From positions 1,178,001 through 1,242,000 of the forward strand of contig JBNJNM010000013.1 in assembly GCA_052426225.1 (NCBI GenBank): 64,000 nt of DNA. Direction: 5' to 3'. Shown piece after piece: positions 25,254 to 37,365 of the stretch. The notes beneath the pieces were generated by a model, which saw nothing but the letters and a program-made list of their open reading frames with translations, was not told where the DNA came from and did no database searches. Both the position numbers and the translations under genes were made by a program. Position 1 is the first letter of the stretch, and the number at the start of each line of letters is the position of its first letter. Origin of the DNA: Zancudomyces culisetae HAW-14-8 (Eukaryota > Fungi > Kickxellomycota).

Positions 25254-28200
25254 TTATGTCTGGTTAAAAGAAATATTCTTTATATGTTGTGCTATTAATT
25301 TCAAAGCTTTACCAGTATTGTTACTCTTCTTCGAAACCCTTTTGGTTTTGGTTTTGGTGTTGGTTTTGATTATTGTTTTACCTTGAGTATTTTATTGTTT
25401 TTTTTATGTTGATAATTATAAAATGCTTAAATTAATGGATATCAATGCACTATTTTCTCCTTTTCCGTGATTGCACTATGTCTGTGCAATTGATTTTTTT
25501 TAAATTTTAGTCTTATTTATTTTTCTTTTGTTTCTTTTCCTCCCTTTTTTGCCCTACTGTATTTTTATGCTCTATATTTCTACCCAACTTGACATATAAA
25601 ACCTTATTCTAATCGAGTAAATGCCCTTAAGTTTTGTTTCAGTATTTATGATATAACAAAGGAAAAGTGTAGTTTATTGATGAAATAACGAAAGTTTAAA
25701 ACGAGCTCGTGTCTAGTATTTTTATTCGCTTTTAGTACAATTTGCATTGGCCTGTCTTCTTTAGCTAACATAATTACCACAATTTCTTTTTTATATACAT
25801 TTTATTATGAAAAGTTTATTGGTACATGTCCTGAATACTTTTGCATAAAGTGCGTTTATATACCCAAAACGTAATGCGTGGCTTTTTTATATAATTACAC
25901 CATGGACGGTAACCGATGTCTCCTTCTGGTACATATGATGCGTTTTCATTTTTCAAACTATATTACACAAGCACTTGGCGTTCCATCTTTTTAATTCTTA
26001 ATTTTGGTTCACTCGCCCTTTCACAAAAGGAGGGGGGGGAGGTATCATCAGCGCTCAACATCAATATACATACGGGTTGCTTCTAGCTTCTAGCTTCTAC
26101 CTTATACCTTCCATCAAACAATTTTAATGTGCCGGCTCTGGTTTAATACCATCTTTTTGTACAAACCAGCATATATGGCCACCAAGCCTTGAAAAGGATG
26201 ATGGTTAAAACCAACATTATCGGAATTGGTATTTGTACCCCAGAACTTTTTTTGGTGAGATCATGCCTCCAGATTTACTAATATCCCTGTAAGCACCACC
26301 CCCGCCAACCAACAAAGAATTTGTTGTTTACATCCTATTAGTTGTACACTCACTAACCGAAAAAGAGTTTGGTTTCTTAATTATTATGTTTAGGATGGTC
26401 ACATGAGATTTGAGTACGCTTTTAAATCCCAGTCAGTCTTTAAATGTTTTATTATACAAGTAATAACGTGGTGCTGTGTGATAAACGCGTTGAAAAAAGC
26501 TATTGTACTCTTATGTTCTGAACCGGACCTCGGTTGTGTATTTCTATCGGTCTGGTTCATTTTGTCTAAGGTTGATCAGTACGTTTCTGTCTTTAGATTT
26601 GTGTTGAACAAAAGTAGCAAATGGGTATAGGGCTTCAAATATGGTTATAATTATTATTAATCAACGGACCATAAATGCTGTTTATCCTCTAAATCCAGTT
26701 CACCCATAAACTAAAGATCAAGAGAAAGTACACCGAGCGCTGACTAGTAAACAGTTTAAAGCCGTTGTGATCTACCACCACTTTACCCAGACCAGCCAAT
26801 ATATTAATACGAAAAAACGAATACCATAGGACATATCGTGCATACACGAAGAGATCACCACTTTTGTCTTTGTTTTTTTATTACACAAAACTTTTTCATT
26901 TACATTCTGGAGGTGAAGGCCACATTATCATAAACTAACATGGTAACAACGCATAGGGTTTGAATTCCACTTTTATCTGGGTTGTGTATAATTTATATAA
27001 GAAATGTCTTTTTTTGAAGGAGTGGGACAAACGAATCACAATAATATAATGCGGTAGTGACGCCAATGGTTCCAAAAACTACAGTAAAGTTTCAAAAATT
27101 CAGCATATCCCATTTTATTTAAACAATGGTACTTAGATACCCATGCAAAATAAATAAAGGTGGTAAGAATAGCAACATTTTTACCTCCAAGCAATTTTAA
27201 ACTTAAACAGTGCATACAATTATAGATATTATTAAAAAAAAACACTTTATTAACGAAGCTCAGCCACACCTTTAAAATAAAAAGGGTACAGTGTTTTAGA
27301 GAGAGGGTTCTCTGAGGCATACATATAAATGACAGAAGATTTTCGATTGGGTTAATAATGTAGCTGAAATCTAAAGTCTGTTATGACAGAACTTGTTAAT
27401 AGAAAAAAGCCTTGAATAGCTGTCACATTGATAAGACTAGTTGGAGTGATAATTAATGGTGTCTAAAGTTTATTGCAGCTGGAAAAAAGCACTCCGATAG
27501 TTGTATTTACAGTCATTTGCTTTTTTTAAAAAAGAAAAAAAGGGGTAATAATAGCACCAAATTGGTAGCGGGAAGGAAGATACTAGCATCATAGCCAGAG
27601 GATCGTGTAAAAGTATCCATAAAAAACCCCTCCAAGTATATCTTTATACACCGAGGGCCATAATATATTTTAGCACCTACTAATATTTTTAATAACTAAA
27701 AAAAATAACAATTATAAGGAGCAGAAGAATGAATGCCTTTTTTTTTGATGTATCGATTTTTAACACCAAGCTAACAAAACAAAGTGAGTGTTTACGTTCA
27801 ATTTAAGCGGAATAGCGAAAGCTTTGCGTCTATTGGATCACTTGGATATTGGAAAATGGAATCCAAGTTACTTTACTGGAGTAAATGAGGGGGTAGTAGA
27901 AGTGGAATCGTGTTTTTAGCTAGTGTCATGACAAGTGTAAATACCCTAAAACTATGTGTGCCTGGAAACATGCAATTATTTTTGGGTATGGCGGTGTAAA
28001 CTTATATTATTACATATTTCTAGCACTAGTGCTTTTTATAAGTGAAAGCTCAGTCAAAAGAGCTGACTTGCTAATTCAATTTATTGGGTTAACAAAAAGG
28101 CTTTCATTGTGTGTAAAGGTTTATTTATAAAAGTGGGAGGTTTTAATTAGCCTGGTCTATTGTTTAGCCATTTAAATATATAATACATCAATTCGTAGCC

Positions 28201-28657
28201 CTTTCTGGCTTTCCATTGTAATTGGAAATAAAACACAAACGTACAATCAATTAGTATTATATCTTTTTTTGCTAATGAGGTGGAGTATATATTACCTTAA
28301 ACGTACAAACTGGTGAATTACAAATAAAAGTATATCTGACATCTAAATACTTATCAAAGAGAACCGATAATACTTGTAAATTATTAAACTTGTTTAAAAC
28401 GTTATACCAAGTATATGTGCAGGTTTAAGAATAATATTCAAAACTTCTATCTAGGTTGAAAGGCATAAAAGTATCAGGAGTGAGAAATAGAAATCAGGAG
28501 AAAATAAATTCATAAAAAAGAATTTCAAAAAAAAAAGTATTGAGAGGTGAAAGTGAACCATTAAAGAAAATCTATACTGTTAAAGTGGGAATAAGAAAAG
28601 GAAAATATCATTCACATAACACCTTTTGGAGGGACAGCACAGTAAATATTGAGTAAG

Positions 28658-31600
28658 ATGTCCAATTATGGAAATTATAGAAGAAGAGATGATACCAGGG
28701 GGGGAGAGGAGGAGGATGAAATGAACATGTATAGAAGTGAGTATGAGGAGCTGGATCCATACCGCGATATGGAATATGGCGAGTACGACCGCAATGAATC
28801 GTATGATATGCAATACTACGACAACCAAGAAAACGAATATGTAGATGGAGGAAGATATACAACGGATGGTAGGGATAGATCTGAGTATGCTGACTATGCG
28901 AACAATAGTAGGAGACGCAGAGGGAATAGAGGAAGATCGCGGGATTCAGACAACGATTCTGTTAGCGATGGGGGGTTTTCTATCAGATCTTCGCTGGTAA
29001 GAACACCAGCTTCTCATGGATCGGCACAGGATATTGATATATTTGGAGCGTATAGAGTTAAAGGTGGAGAGGCTGGTCGGTATGCAAATTACGCGCCATC
29101 AACAGATTCGCTTATTAATTTAATTGAAAACAAACGAACTTACAGGCCAACAGGCTCAGTAACATCATTTTCAAGAAGCGCATCATGGGTTTCCAACCAG
29201 GGACAGTCGGGATTTGACTTTGCACAGGCAGAAATGATACTCAATGAATCACCGTATCCTTCATGGAGCGATCCCAATCAAATCCCACTGTCTAAAGAGG
29301 AGATAGAGGATATTTTTAAGGATCTAACTCATCGTCTGGGGTTCCAGCAAGACAGCATGCGGAATCTATACGACATGATGATGATGTTGTTGGATAGCAG
29401 AGCATCGAGAATGAGTCCAGCAATGGCGCTGCTTACATTGCATAGTGATTATATAGGAGGGGAGCATTCAAATTATAGAAAGTGGTATTTCTCTGCTCAA
29501 TTGGATAGGGATTTGCCAGCATCTAGAGACAAATCAAATAACAGACGCCAACACCAAGAGGCATTGGCGGAAGAAGTGACAGGTGAAAATGATACACTAG
29601 CTGGCTTTGAAGAAAACTGGCGGGCTACCATGAATTCGCTGTCGCAGTATGAGAGGGCAAGGCAGATTGCGTTATGGCTGTTAATATGGGGTGAAGCAGG
29701 AAATCTAAGATTTTGTAGCGAATTGCTGGCATTTATCTTTAAGATAGCGGAGGATTATTACCGCTCACCAGCCTGCCAGCAAAAAGTAGAGCCTGAGGTT
29801 GAGGGCTATTATCTACAGAACATAGTGAAACCAGTATACAACTACCTTAGAGGGGAGAGCTATTTGGTTATCAAGGGAAAACAGTTCAAAAGAGAAAAAG
29901 ATCATGATACTACAATAGGGTATGATGATATAAACGAAACTTTTTGGACACCAGAGGGACTCAAAATGCTTGTTACGTCGGATAAAACAAGGTTTATGGA
30001 TATACCACCCGAACAGCGTTGGCACAGGTTTAAGGATATTTCATTTCCAAAAAGCATAGAAAAAACATACAAGGAAAAAAGAACTGTAATGCACTTTGTT
30101 ACCAATTTCAGCCGAGTCTGGATTATGCACGTTGTGGTTTACTATTACTACATTATATTTGTGGCCAACTTTCTTTACGATCCCAGCTTTGAGTTGAGAG
30201 ACTCAAATAATCCAAATAGGATAGTGGATAACAAAGAAATAAAGATGCCTGATGTTACGCCGAGAAGATTCAGTTTGATTGCAGCTGGTGGTGCGTTGGC
30301 CCCGTTGATTGGAATAGCAGCTACTTTAGCAGAGATGGGGTATGTTAAAGCTACAAGGAGCAACATCAAGGTTTTGATTTTGAGGATTATCGTGTTTGTG
30401 TTCTTCTTTGTAGTCGACTTGGCGCCTACATATATCTGTTGGATATATGGACTGGACCCTACATTTAACCATCTTACCGAGGATGAGGCAAGGGAAGCTG
30501 TTGGTGATTCTGAAACAATCTCAAACGTATATAAATTTAGATTTACCAAAAAGGATCCGTCAGAGGTAAACCAGGCCGATTTAAGGAACTTTAATATGGT
30601 GAAAATCATAGCAATAGTCCAATTTATCTACTCAACACTTATAACAATCTACCTCTCAATCTTTCCACCAGGTAAAATGTTTCAACCAAATTCCAAAAAC
30701 AGAAACTCTCGCGGGTTGGTCAACCGTACTTTTACCACCAACTTTCCGCCACTGAAAAAGTCATCAAGGGTCACTTCGCTGGTGCTATGGTTTGTTATTT
30801 TTCTGTGTAAATACATTGAATCATATTTCTTCCTGGCACTTTCATTTAAGGATACCTTCAGATGGTTGTATGAGTATAAACCCCTCAAGTGCAGCGAAAA
30901 GTTTGTAGGGGACATGCTTTGCAAATATCAAAGCTACATTACACTGTTTTTCATGTTGATACTTGACTTGCTTTTGTTTTTCTTGGATACTTATCTATGG
31001 TATGTGGTCTGGAACACCATTTTCTCGGTTGGTAGGTCGTTCTATATGGGTATTTCAATTTGGACACCATGGAGAAATATTTTCTCGAGACTACCAAAAA
31101 GAATTTATACAAAGGTTTTGGCTACAGCAGACATGGAAGTGAAATACAAACCAAAAGTGCTTTGTTCGCAAATTTGGAACGCTATTGTTATTTCAATGTA
31201 TCGTGAACATCTACTTAGTATTGAACATGTGCAAAAGCTTCTGTATCAACAAGTTCCAGGCGATGATGCTGGAAAAAGAACACTGAAACCACCAACCTTT
31301 TTTGTGGCTCAAGATGACGCATCATTTGAGCAAGAGTTCTATCCTCCCCATTCTGAAGCCGAAAGACGTATTTCATTCTTTGCTCAATCTCTATCAACAG
31401 TTCTTCCCGAACCTGTTCCGGTAGAAAATATGCCCACTTTCACTGTACTGACACCACACTTTTCTGAAAAAATTTTGCTCACCTTGAGAGAAATTATCCG
31501 CGAGAGTGATAGGTATTCCAGAGTAACTGTTTTGGAGTATCTTAAAGCTCTTCATCCAGATGAATGGGATAACTTTGTCAAGGATACAAAAATTCTTGCT

Positions 31601-34471
31601 GAAGAAAACACAGGTGTAGAACAGGGCTCAATGAGTCGCGCTTTTGAAGAGAAGAGCGAGAACAAAACTAAAGTTGACGATTTGCCGTTCTACTCTGTTG
31701 GTTTTAAGAGTGCATCTCCGGAATTTACATTAAGAACAAGAATATGGGCATCACTGAGATCACAAACACTGTATCGTACAATTTCTGGATTTATGAACTA
31801 TGCAAAGGCTATAAAACTTCTTTATAGGGTTGAGAATCCAGAAATGGTGTTGTTATTTGGAGGAAATGGAAGTGCAAAGCTGGAAAAAGAACTTGAACGC
31901 ATGGCCAACCGCAAATTCAGATTTGTTGTTGCCATGCAAAGGTATATAAAATTCAACAAAGAAGAGCTTGAGGCTACAGACTTTTTGCTTCGTACCTATC
32001 CTTCGCTACAGATTGTGTACTTGGACGAGACTATGGAAGAAGGAGCTGTTGAGCCAAGGTATTTTTCATGTTTAATTGATGGTAGATCCGAAGTCAATGA
32101 AAACGGAACCCGCCGCCCCCACTACAGAATCGAATTGCCTGGAAACCCAATCCTTGGAGATGGAAAATCAGACAATCAAAACCATGCAATTGTATTTGTG
32201 CGAGGAGAATACACCGAAATGATTGATGCAAATCAAGATAACTATCTTGAAGAGTGTTTAAAAGTAAGAAATATTTTAGGTGAATTTGAAGAGTATAACC
32301 CACCCACAGTCTCGCCATACTCTCCAGCTGCAGAATCACAAGGAGCTCCTGTTGCAATAGTTGGTGCAAGAGAGTACATTTTCAGCGAAAGTGTTGGTGT
32401 GTTAGGCGACGTAGCTGCTGGAAAAGAAGCTACGTTTGGAACACTTACTCAAAGAATGATGGCTGAAGTGGGAGGCCGGCTTCACTACGGCCATCCAGAT
32501 TTCATTAATTTTGTATTCATGACAACGAGAGGTGGGTTTGCCAAGGCACAAAAGGGACTACATCTCAACGAAGATATCTATGCTGGAATGAATGCGTTCA
32601 ACAGGGGTGGAAGAATCAAACATTCTGAATACTTCCAGTGTGGAAAGGGAAGAGACCTGGGCTTTTGCTCAACACTTAACTTTATCACTAAAATTGGAAC
32701 TGGTATGGGTGAACAGATGTTGTCTCGCGAATACTACTGGCTGGGCTGCTTCTTGCCACTTGACAGGTTCCTAACCTTCTACTACGCTCATCCTGGATTC
32801 CACATCAACAATCTTATGATTATGGCCTCAGTACAGCTGTTTATGATATCGGTTATGTTTATTGGAACTATGGCTACAACCCTCAATGTGTGTGATACCA
32901 TCGATATGAACGATCCAAACTACCCCAGCGTAATAAAATCCAAAAACTGCTTTATGCTTCAGCCTGTCATTAACTGGATGAATCGAACGACATTGGCCAT
33001 TTTGATAGTCCTGCTTATTGCATTTCTGCCTCTTTTCTTGCAAATGTTGACTGAACAAGGCTTTGTAAGGGCAATAACTCGTTTAGGAAGACAGTTTTTG
33101 TCATTTTCACCCATGTATGAAGTTGAAGTCACCCAGATATACGCATATTCAATTTCTAGCAATCTTTCATTTGGAGGAGCAAGATATATTGGTACAGGCC
33201 GTGGATTCGCTACATCACGTCTATCATTTGCAACACTCTATAGCCGTTTCTCTGATGCATCCATATACTTTGGCTCGCAGCTTATGATGATGCTAATATT
33301 TGCTACTGTCGCAATTTGGCAGTGGCCGCTTCTCTACTTTTGGTTCAGTATTGCTGCACTGATCATCTCACCTTACCTGTATAACCCACATATGTTTGTT
33401 CGGACTGACTTTATATTAGACTACAAAGAGTGGATTGGCTGGCTTGGGGCTGGAAATTCCAAATCTGAACCACACTCATGGATAGCTCATTGCAGAAACA
33501 ACCGAATTAGAATTACAGGATTTAAGCGTAAGCGATTAGGAGAAAAAACAACCAGCTCGAGTTATGTGCCCAGAGCAAAACTGTCTTCTGTTATAATGAG
33601 TGAGATACTCGTTCCCATTTTTATGGCACTTACTGTAACAGTCTCATTTGCCTACACTCATAGTAGGTGGGATACTCCAAATACTCCTGATAGCCTGGAA
33701 GATGATGTTTCAGGAGTAAAATCATCGATTCTGCTGGCGTTCCTCTTAGCCATCATTCCAATTCTTGTGAATGCTGGGGTCACCATCACTTTTTTCGCAA
33801 TTTCATTTTTCTGTGGACCTGTTATTTCAATGTGCATGCCAGGATACGGTAAATTTATGGCTGGTCTTTGTCATGGAATTTCAACAATTTTCCAGATCAG
33901 TATGTACTTTTTGCTGTGCTTTGTTGAAAGGTGGGATATGCAAAAGGTTGTATTGGGCATGGTAGCGTCTGTTTTTATTCAAAAGGCAATATTTTCACTG
34001 CTGATGACTTTTCTGTTAACCCGCGAGTTTGGCGAAGACGAGGCAAATATTGCCTGGTGGACTGGAAAGTGGTACGATAAAGGCATGGGAATCTGGGTTC
34101 CAACCTTGATACTAAGAGAATGGTTGTGTAAGATTATCGAAAGCTCGTCGTTTGTGGTTGATGCACTCATTGGACACGTTATATTCTTCTTTCTGTACAT
34201 CTTTACATTTATTCCGTGGATAGATAACTGGCACTCTGCTATGATATTCTGGTTGAGTCCGAGTAAACAAATTCGACCCCCTATCTACTCACAAAAACAG
34301 CGAAAACAACGGGCCAAGGTGGCTGCGGTTTATGGTGCAATGCTTACTGCTCTTTTCCTAGTATTCCTGCTACTTTTAATAGCCCCACTTGTGCTGAGGA
34401 TGACTTTTTCAAACATGAACTATCCTGGCTTTCTAAAAGGACTCTCAAACGCAATGATGGGCAGCTTTTAA
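28658..34471 (+). CDS. FKS1: 1,3-beta-glucan synthase catalytic subunit (GT48), intronless, about 1937 aa
   Basis: PYPSW...PLSKEEIEDIF, WGEAGNLRF, EAERRISFFAQSL, RIWASLRSQTLYRT, GDGKSDNQNHA, IDANQDNYLEE, LHYGHPD, HLNEDIYAG, QCGKGRDLG. First ATG at 28658 (the track starts at an upstream TTG). Confidence 0.98.
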   Translation: MSNYGNYRRRDDTRGGEEEDEMNMYRSEYEELDPYRDMEYGEYDRNESYDMQYYDNQENEYVDGGRYTTDGRDRSEYADYANNSRRRRGNRGRSRDSDNDSVSDGGFSIRSSLVRTPASHGSAQDIDIFGAYRVKGGEAGRYANYAPSTDSLINLIENKRTYRPTGSVTSFSRSASWVSNQGQSGFDFAQAEMILNESPYPSWSDPNQIPLSKEEIEDIFKDLTHRLGFQQDSMRNLYDMMMMLLDSRASRMSPAMALLTLHSDYIGGEHSNYRKWYFSAQLDRDLPASRDKSNNRRQHQEALAEEVTGENDTLAGFEENWRATMNSLSQYERARQIALWLLIWGEAGNLRFCSELLAFIFKIAEDYYRSPACQQKVEPEVEGYYLQNIVKPVYNYLRGESYLVIKGKQFKREKDHDTTIGYDDINETFWTPEGLKMLVTSDKTRFMDIPPEQRWHRFKDISFPKSIEKTYKEKRTVMHFVTNFSRVWIMHVVVYYYYIIFVANFLYDPSFELRDSNNPNRIVDNKEIKMPDVTPRRFSLIAAGGALAPLIGIAATLAEMGYVKATRSNIKVLILRIIVFVFFFVVDLAPTYICWIYGLDPTFNHLTEDEAREAVGDSETISNVYKFRFTKKDPSEVNQADLRNFNMVKIIAIVQFIYSTLITIYLSIFPPGKMFQPNSKNRNSRGLVNRTFTTNFPPLKKSSRVTSLVLWFVIFLCKYIESYFFLALSFKDTFRWLYEYKPLKCSEKFVGDMLCKYQSYITLFFMLILDLLLFFLDTYLWYVVWNTIFSVGRSFYMGISIWTPWRNIFSRLPKRIYTKVLATADMEVKYKPKVLCSQIWNAIVISMYREHLLSIEHVQKLLYQQVPGDDAGKRTLKPPTFFVAQDDASFEQEFYPPHSEAERRISFFAQSLSTVLPEPVPVENMPTFTVLTPHFSEKILLTLREIIRESDRYSRVTVLEYLKALHPDEWDNFVKDTKILAEENTGVEQGSMSRAFEEKSENKTKVDDLPFYSVGFKSASPEFTLRTRIWASLRSQTLYRTISGFMNYAKAIKLLYRVENPEMVLLFGGNGSAKLEKELERMANRKFRFVVAMQRYIKFNKEELEATDFLLRTYPSLQIVYLDETMEEGAVEPRYFSCLIDGRSEVNENGTRRPHYRIELPGNPILGDGKSDNQNHAIVFVRGEYTEMIDANQDNYLEECLKVRNILGEFEEYNPPTVSPYSPAAESQGAPVAIVGAREYIFSESVGVLGDVAAGKEATFGTLTQRMMAEVGGRLHYGHPDFINFVFMTTRGGFAKAQKGLHLNEDIYAGMNAFNRGGRIKHSEYFQCGKGRDLGFCSTLNFITKIGTGMGEQMLSREYYWLGCFLPLDRFLTFYYAHPGFHINNLMIMASVQLFMISVMFIGTMATTLNVCDTIDMNDPNYPSVIKSKNCFMLQPVINWMNRTTLAILIVLLIAFLPLFLQMLTEQGFVRAITRLGRQFLSFSPMYEVEVTQIYAYSISSNLSFGGARYIGTGRGFATSRLSFATLYSRFSDASIYFGSQLMMMLIFATVAIWQWPLLYFWFSIAALIISPYLYNPHMFVRTDFILDYKEWIGWLGAGNSKSEPHSWIAHCRNNRIRITGFKRKRLGEKTTSSSYVPRAKLSSVIMSEILVPIFMALTVTVSFAYTHSRWDTPNTPDSLEDDVSGVKSSILLAFLLAIIPILVNAGVTITFFAISFFCGPVISMCMPGYGKFMAGLCHGISTIFQISMYFLLCFVERWDMQKVVLGMVASVFIQKAIFSLLMTFLLTREFGEDEANIAWWTGKWYDKGMGIWVPTLILREWLCKIIESSSFVVDALIGHVIFFFLYIFTFIPWIDNWHSAMIFWLSPSKQIRPPIYSQKQRKQRAKVAAVYGAMLTALFLVFLLLLIAPLVLRMTFSNMNYPGFLKGLSNAMMGSF

Positions 34472-35758
34472 TTAAGACTGCTACTCTTAGTACATTGTAT
34501 TGCAATACATACGCTGATTAGTCGCTTTAATTTTAGCGTCAGATCAACATTCTTTTCAAACAATATTTTAATATTTTAATATTTTTCCATTTGTAAATAT
34601 TTTGAATGTATATACTTAGTTTGAGTTATGCAATATTATTACTTTATTTATCCGTTACTAGTTTCATATTATTTGATTAATGTATTCAACAGCATTTTAA
34701 TAAAGAGTATACCCTGAAAACTCTGTAGTTACACAACCCGAAAAAAAGAAACCAATGCATCAGAAACCAAAATGACAAATTGAAAGGATCGCTTGGCTAT
34801 TATATGTTAGGTACAGACTGAATGAACGCTAGTTTGTCTTAAAAAGTTCTTTTTTTTTTCTTTAGTCAACACCGAGTGGTTATATAGTCATGGTCTCTAG
34901 GAAGTCAAGGGGAAATAGCTTGGGTATATATTATGTTGAATTTCCTTTTCAGTTTTATGTGGTATTTAAATAAATTCAATCAAGTATCTATGGAAACAGG
35001 AATAACTAATCCTTGCAGTTACTGAATAAAAAAAAATTACATGTACCAAAATCGGACTACTCATAGACACCATAACACTAGTTATCCTCTTCAATATATT
35101 TCAATACTTGTGTTGAAAACAACATTGAGAAAGTGTGTTGTGTTCATTTACTACCATGCTCGTGCGAGGTGTATGGCATACACTATACACCTGACTGGGA
35201 TGTGTTCTTGGCAGATAAAACCAAATGCTGAAAAAAACAGCTCATCTTATACAATTCCAACCATGAGAGGTCTAAAGATCGCCAGTCTAGTATTCAGTAG
35301 ATCTATCCGTTTTTAGTTGATTTTTATTTGCTCTGAGGAATGAATATTCTATGGGTTTGAGCTTTGGTGTTTCTCAAGATGTATTTTCCCCTCACTAGGC
35401 ATATACTAATGATCAGTTGTTTGTTTAGCCAACAAATATTCTCTAATCTACGTAAATTACTCGCAAATAATCTACAATTATTGTTTGGAATCGAGATTTG
35501 ATTGCTTGAAAATACAAAGAAAAATACATTCCAATATTTATGATAAATGAAACAAAGATGGTAAATACAATATTCATCAGTGTTAATGGTTTCAAGTTTT
35601 ATCATTTTTAGTTTTTAATCAACAGCGGATTGTAGATGAACTCCATTTGTGACTATGTACGAAACACTATATAAACTGAGCAACTTTTTAGTCATTAAAA
35701 CACTTAAATAAGTCTGTTCTTAATCGGTTTTAACAAAAGACAGATGCAAGGCTAATGT

Positions 35759-36797
35759 ATGAAGTTGAACAAAAAATCGTTGTATAAACATACCATTACA
35801 GTATTATTGCGCCAGTTGAAAATGTAGACACCAATATTGGTATATCACAGAACAGAGTGAATAACCTCAATAGCAATGCGAGAATCCTAAATGGGAAACC
35901 AGCAAAGAGAGAAGATTTTCCATCTATCAGAGTTTTGCGCGTGGTACTTCGATCATCTAGTTCCGGAGGCTTTAGTGTTCCATTAATATCAGAAAATATA
36001 GTATTAACTTCAGCTAGCTATTTAATAAACCAGAAAGGTGAACTAACACGATATATGGGCTATATTTCATTTTACATTGAATGTGGTGAATCGAATTATG
36101 AACCCATGGCTTGCATTATAAACGCATTATATAAATTACCATTCCGAGTTTTCTGTATATAGATAGGAAAATAACATAGCAATTATCGAACTAAATTCTC
36201 CAGTATCAAGGTATATTGCTACACCATTAGCAATATACAGTGGAAACGTAGCGGATGGTATGGATTTGGTTGTAGCAGGTTGGGGTTACGCTTCAACTGA
36301 ACCAACAGGTGGTTCTCGCAATGAGCTGAGTACAATTACATTATCGCCCTCTTCTTCAAGTGATTGTAAAGAACTCTACCCATTCTGGTCAGACAATAGC
36401 AAAAATGTAGTCTGTACACTAATAAAGGATGGCAAATGTTTGGATATTGTAAATGGTGGAAACCCCTTGGTTTAGATAAACAACGGGAGTTAATTTACTT
36501 TTTGGTGTCATAAATGTTATAGTTAAAACTTTTGATGTTCAATCTGCTCGTACAGGTGTTGAAAGAAATTACTATACTTATGTATACAGCTACATCGATT
36601 GGGTTCTAAATGACACAGGGCTTGAAAAATCATACATATTGGATAAAACTGCACGACACTTTCCTAATTATTCAAAGATTACTAATATACAAACTTACGG
36701 GGATTATGGTACTCACGTTTCCACCTCAATCATTTTCCAAAATGCTGGCTTCATATCAATGATTTTACTGCCATCGGTAGTGCTTTTACTATTTTAG
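35759..36797 (+). pseudogene. Trypsin-like (S1) serine protease homolog pseudogene with hydrophobic GPI-like tail
   Basis: R-ILNG activation site, LISENIVLTSASYL, NNIAIIELNSPV, VVAGWG, VCT, VNGGNPLV and YTYVYSYIDWV are spread over several frames, with frameshifts (~36120, ~36490) and in-frame stops (~36164, 36473). Confidence 0.8.
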
Positions 36798-37273
36798 ATC
36801 TGTTTATGGTTTGTTTTGATCTATATCTTGATTTTTAATTAGAGTTTCTTAATGATAAATATAAACTCTTCATTCTTGTGACTGATGAATAGCATATCTG
36901 TAATCAATGTGGTAATAATAGCGAAAAACGAATTACTTTTCACTCACTAATAAGATGTTGAATATTCCACAATTCAAATGGTTTGAACAGATATGGGTAG
37001 TGAGCTGATGGTGGAGATCATGATAATGAATGGCGAGCAAGATAACACACACAGTATTTACTAATCAAAAAAGGTGTGCAAGTGGCTGCGCTTCTGGTTT
37101 GAAAACATACACACGGCATATGTCTTTTGATCCACCACCTCCTCCCCTTAAATAAAATATCACTTTTTCTTGAACCAACCACCGGTAAGGTTTGTTTATA
37201 TTCGAGTCTTTGTTGTATTGCAAACAACAAAAGTAAACAAAAAATAAAAACCACACAAACTAAACTGCGTGTT

Positions 37274-37279
37274 AAAAAA
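37274..37279 (-). terminator. RNA polymerase III terminator (T6) downstream of tRNA-Glu
   Basis: A6 on the + strand reads TTTTTT on the - strand, 4 nt after the tRNA-Glu 3' end. Confidence 0.85.
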
Positions 37280-37283
37280 GGTA

Positions 37284-37355
37284 CTCCGATACGGGGAATC
37301 GAACCCCGGCCGTCTCGGTGAAAGCGAGAAATCCTAGCCACTGGACCATATCGGA
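37284..37355 (-). tRNA. tRNA-Glu(TTC)
   Basis: TCCGATATGGTCCAGTGGCTAGGATTTCTCGCTTTCACCGAGACGGCCGGGGTTCGATTCCCCGTATCGGAG folds as a cloverleaf with anticodon TTC and a GTTCGA T-loop. Confidence 0.96.
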
Positions 37356-37365
37356 AATATCAGAA

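Noticed and set aside
37018-37341. 107-aa ORF overlapping the tRNA
   Set aside because: Starts inside tRNA-Glu; spurious.
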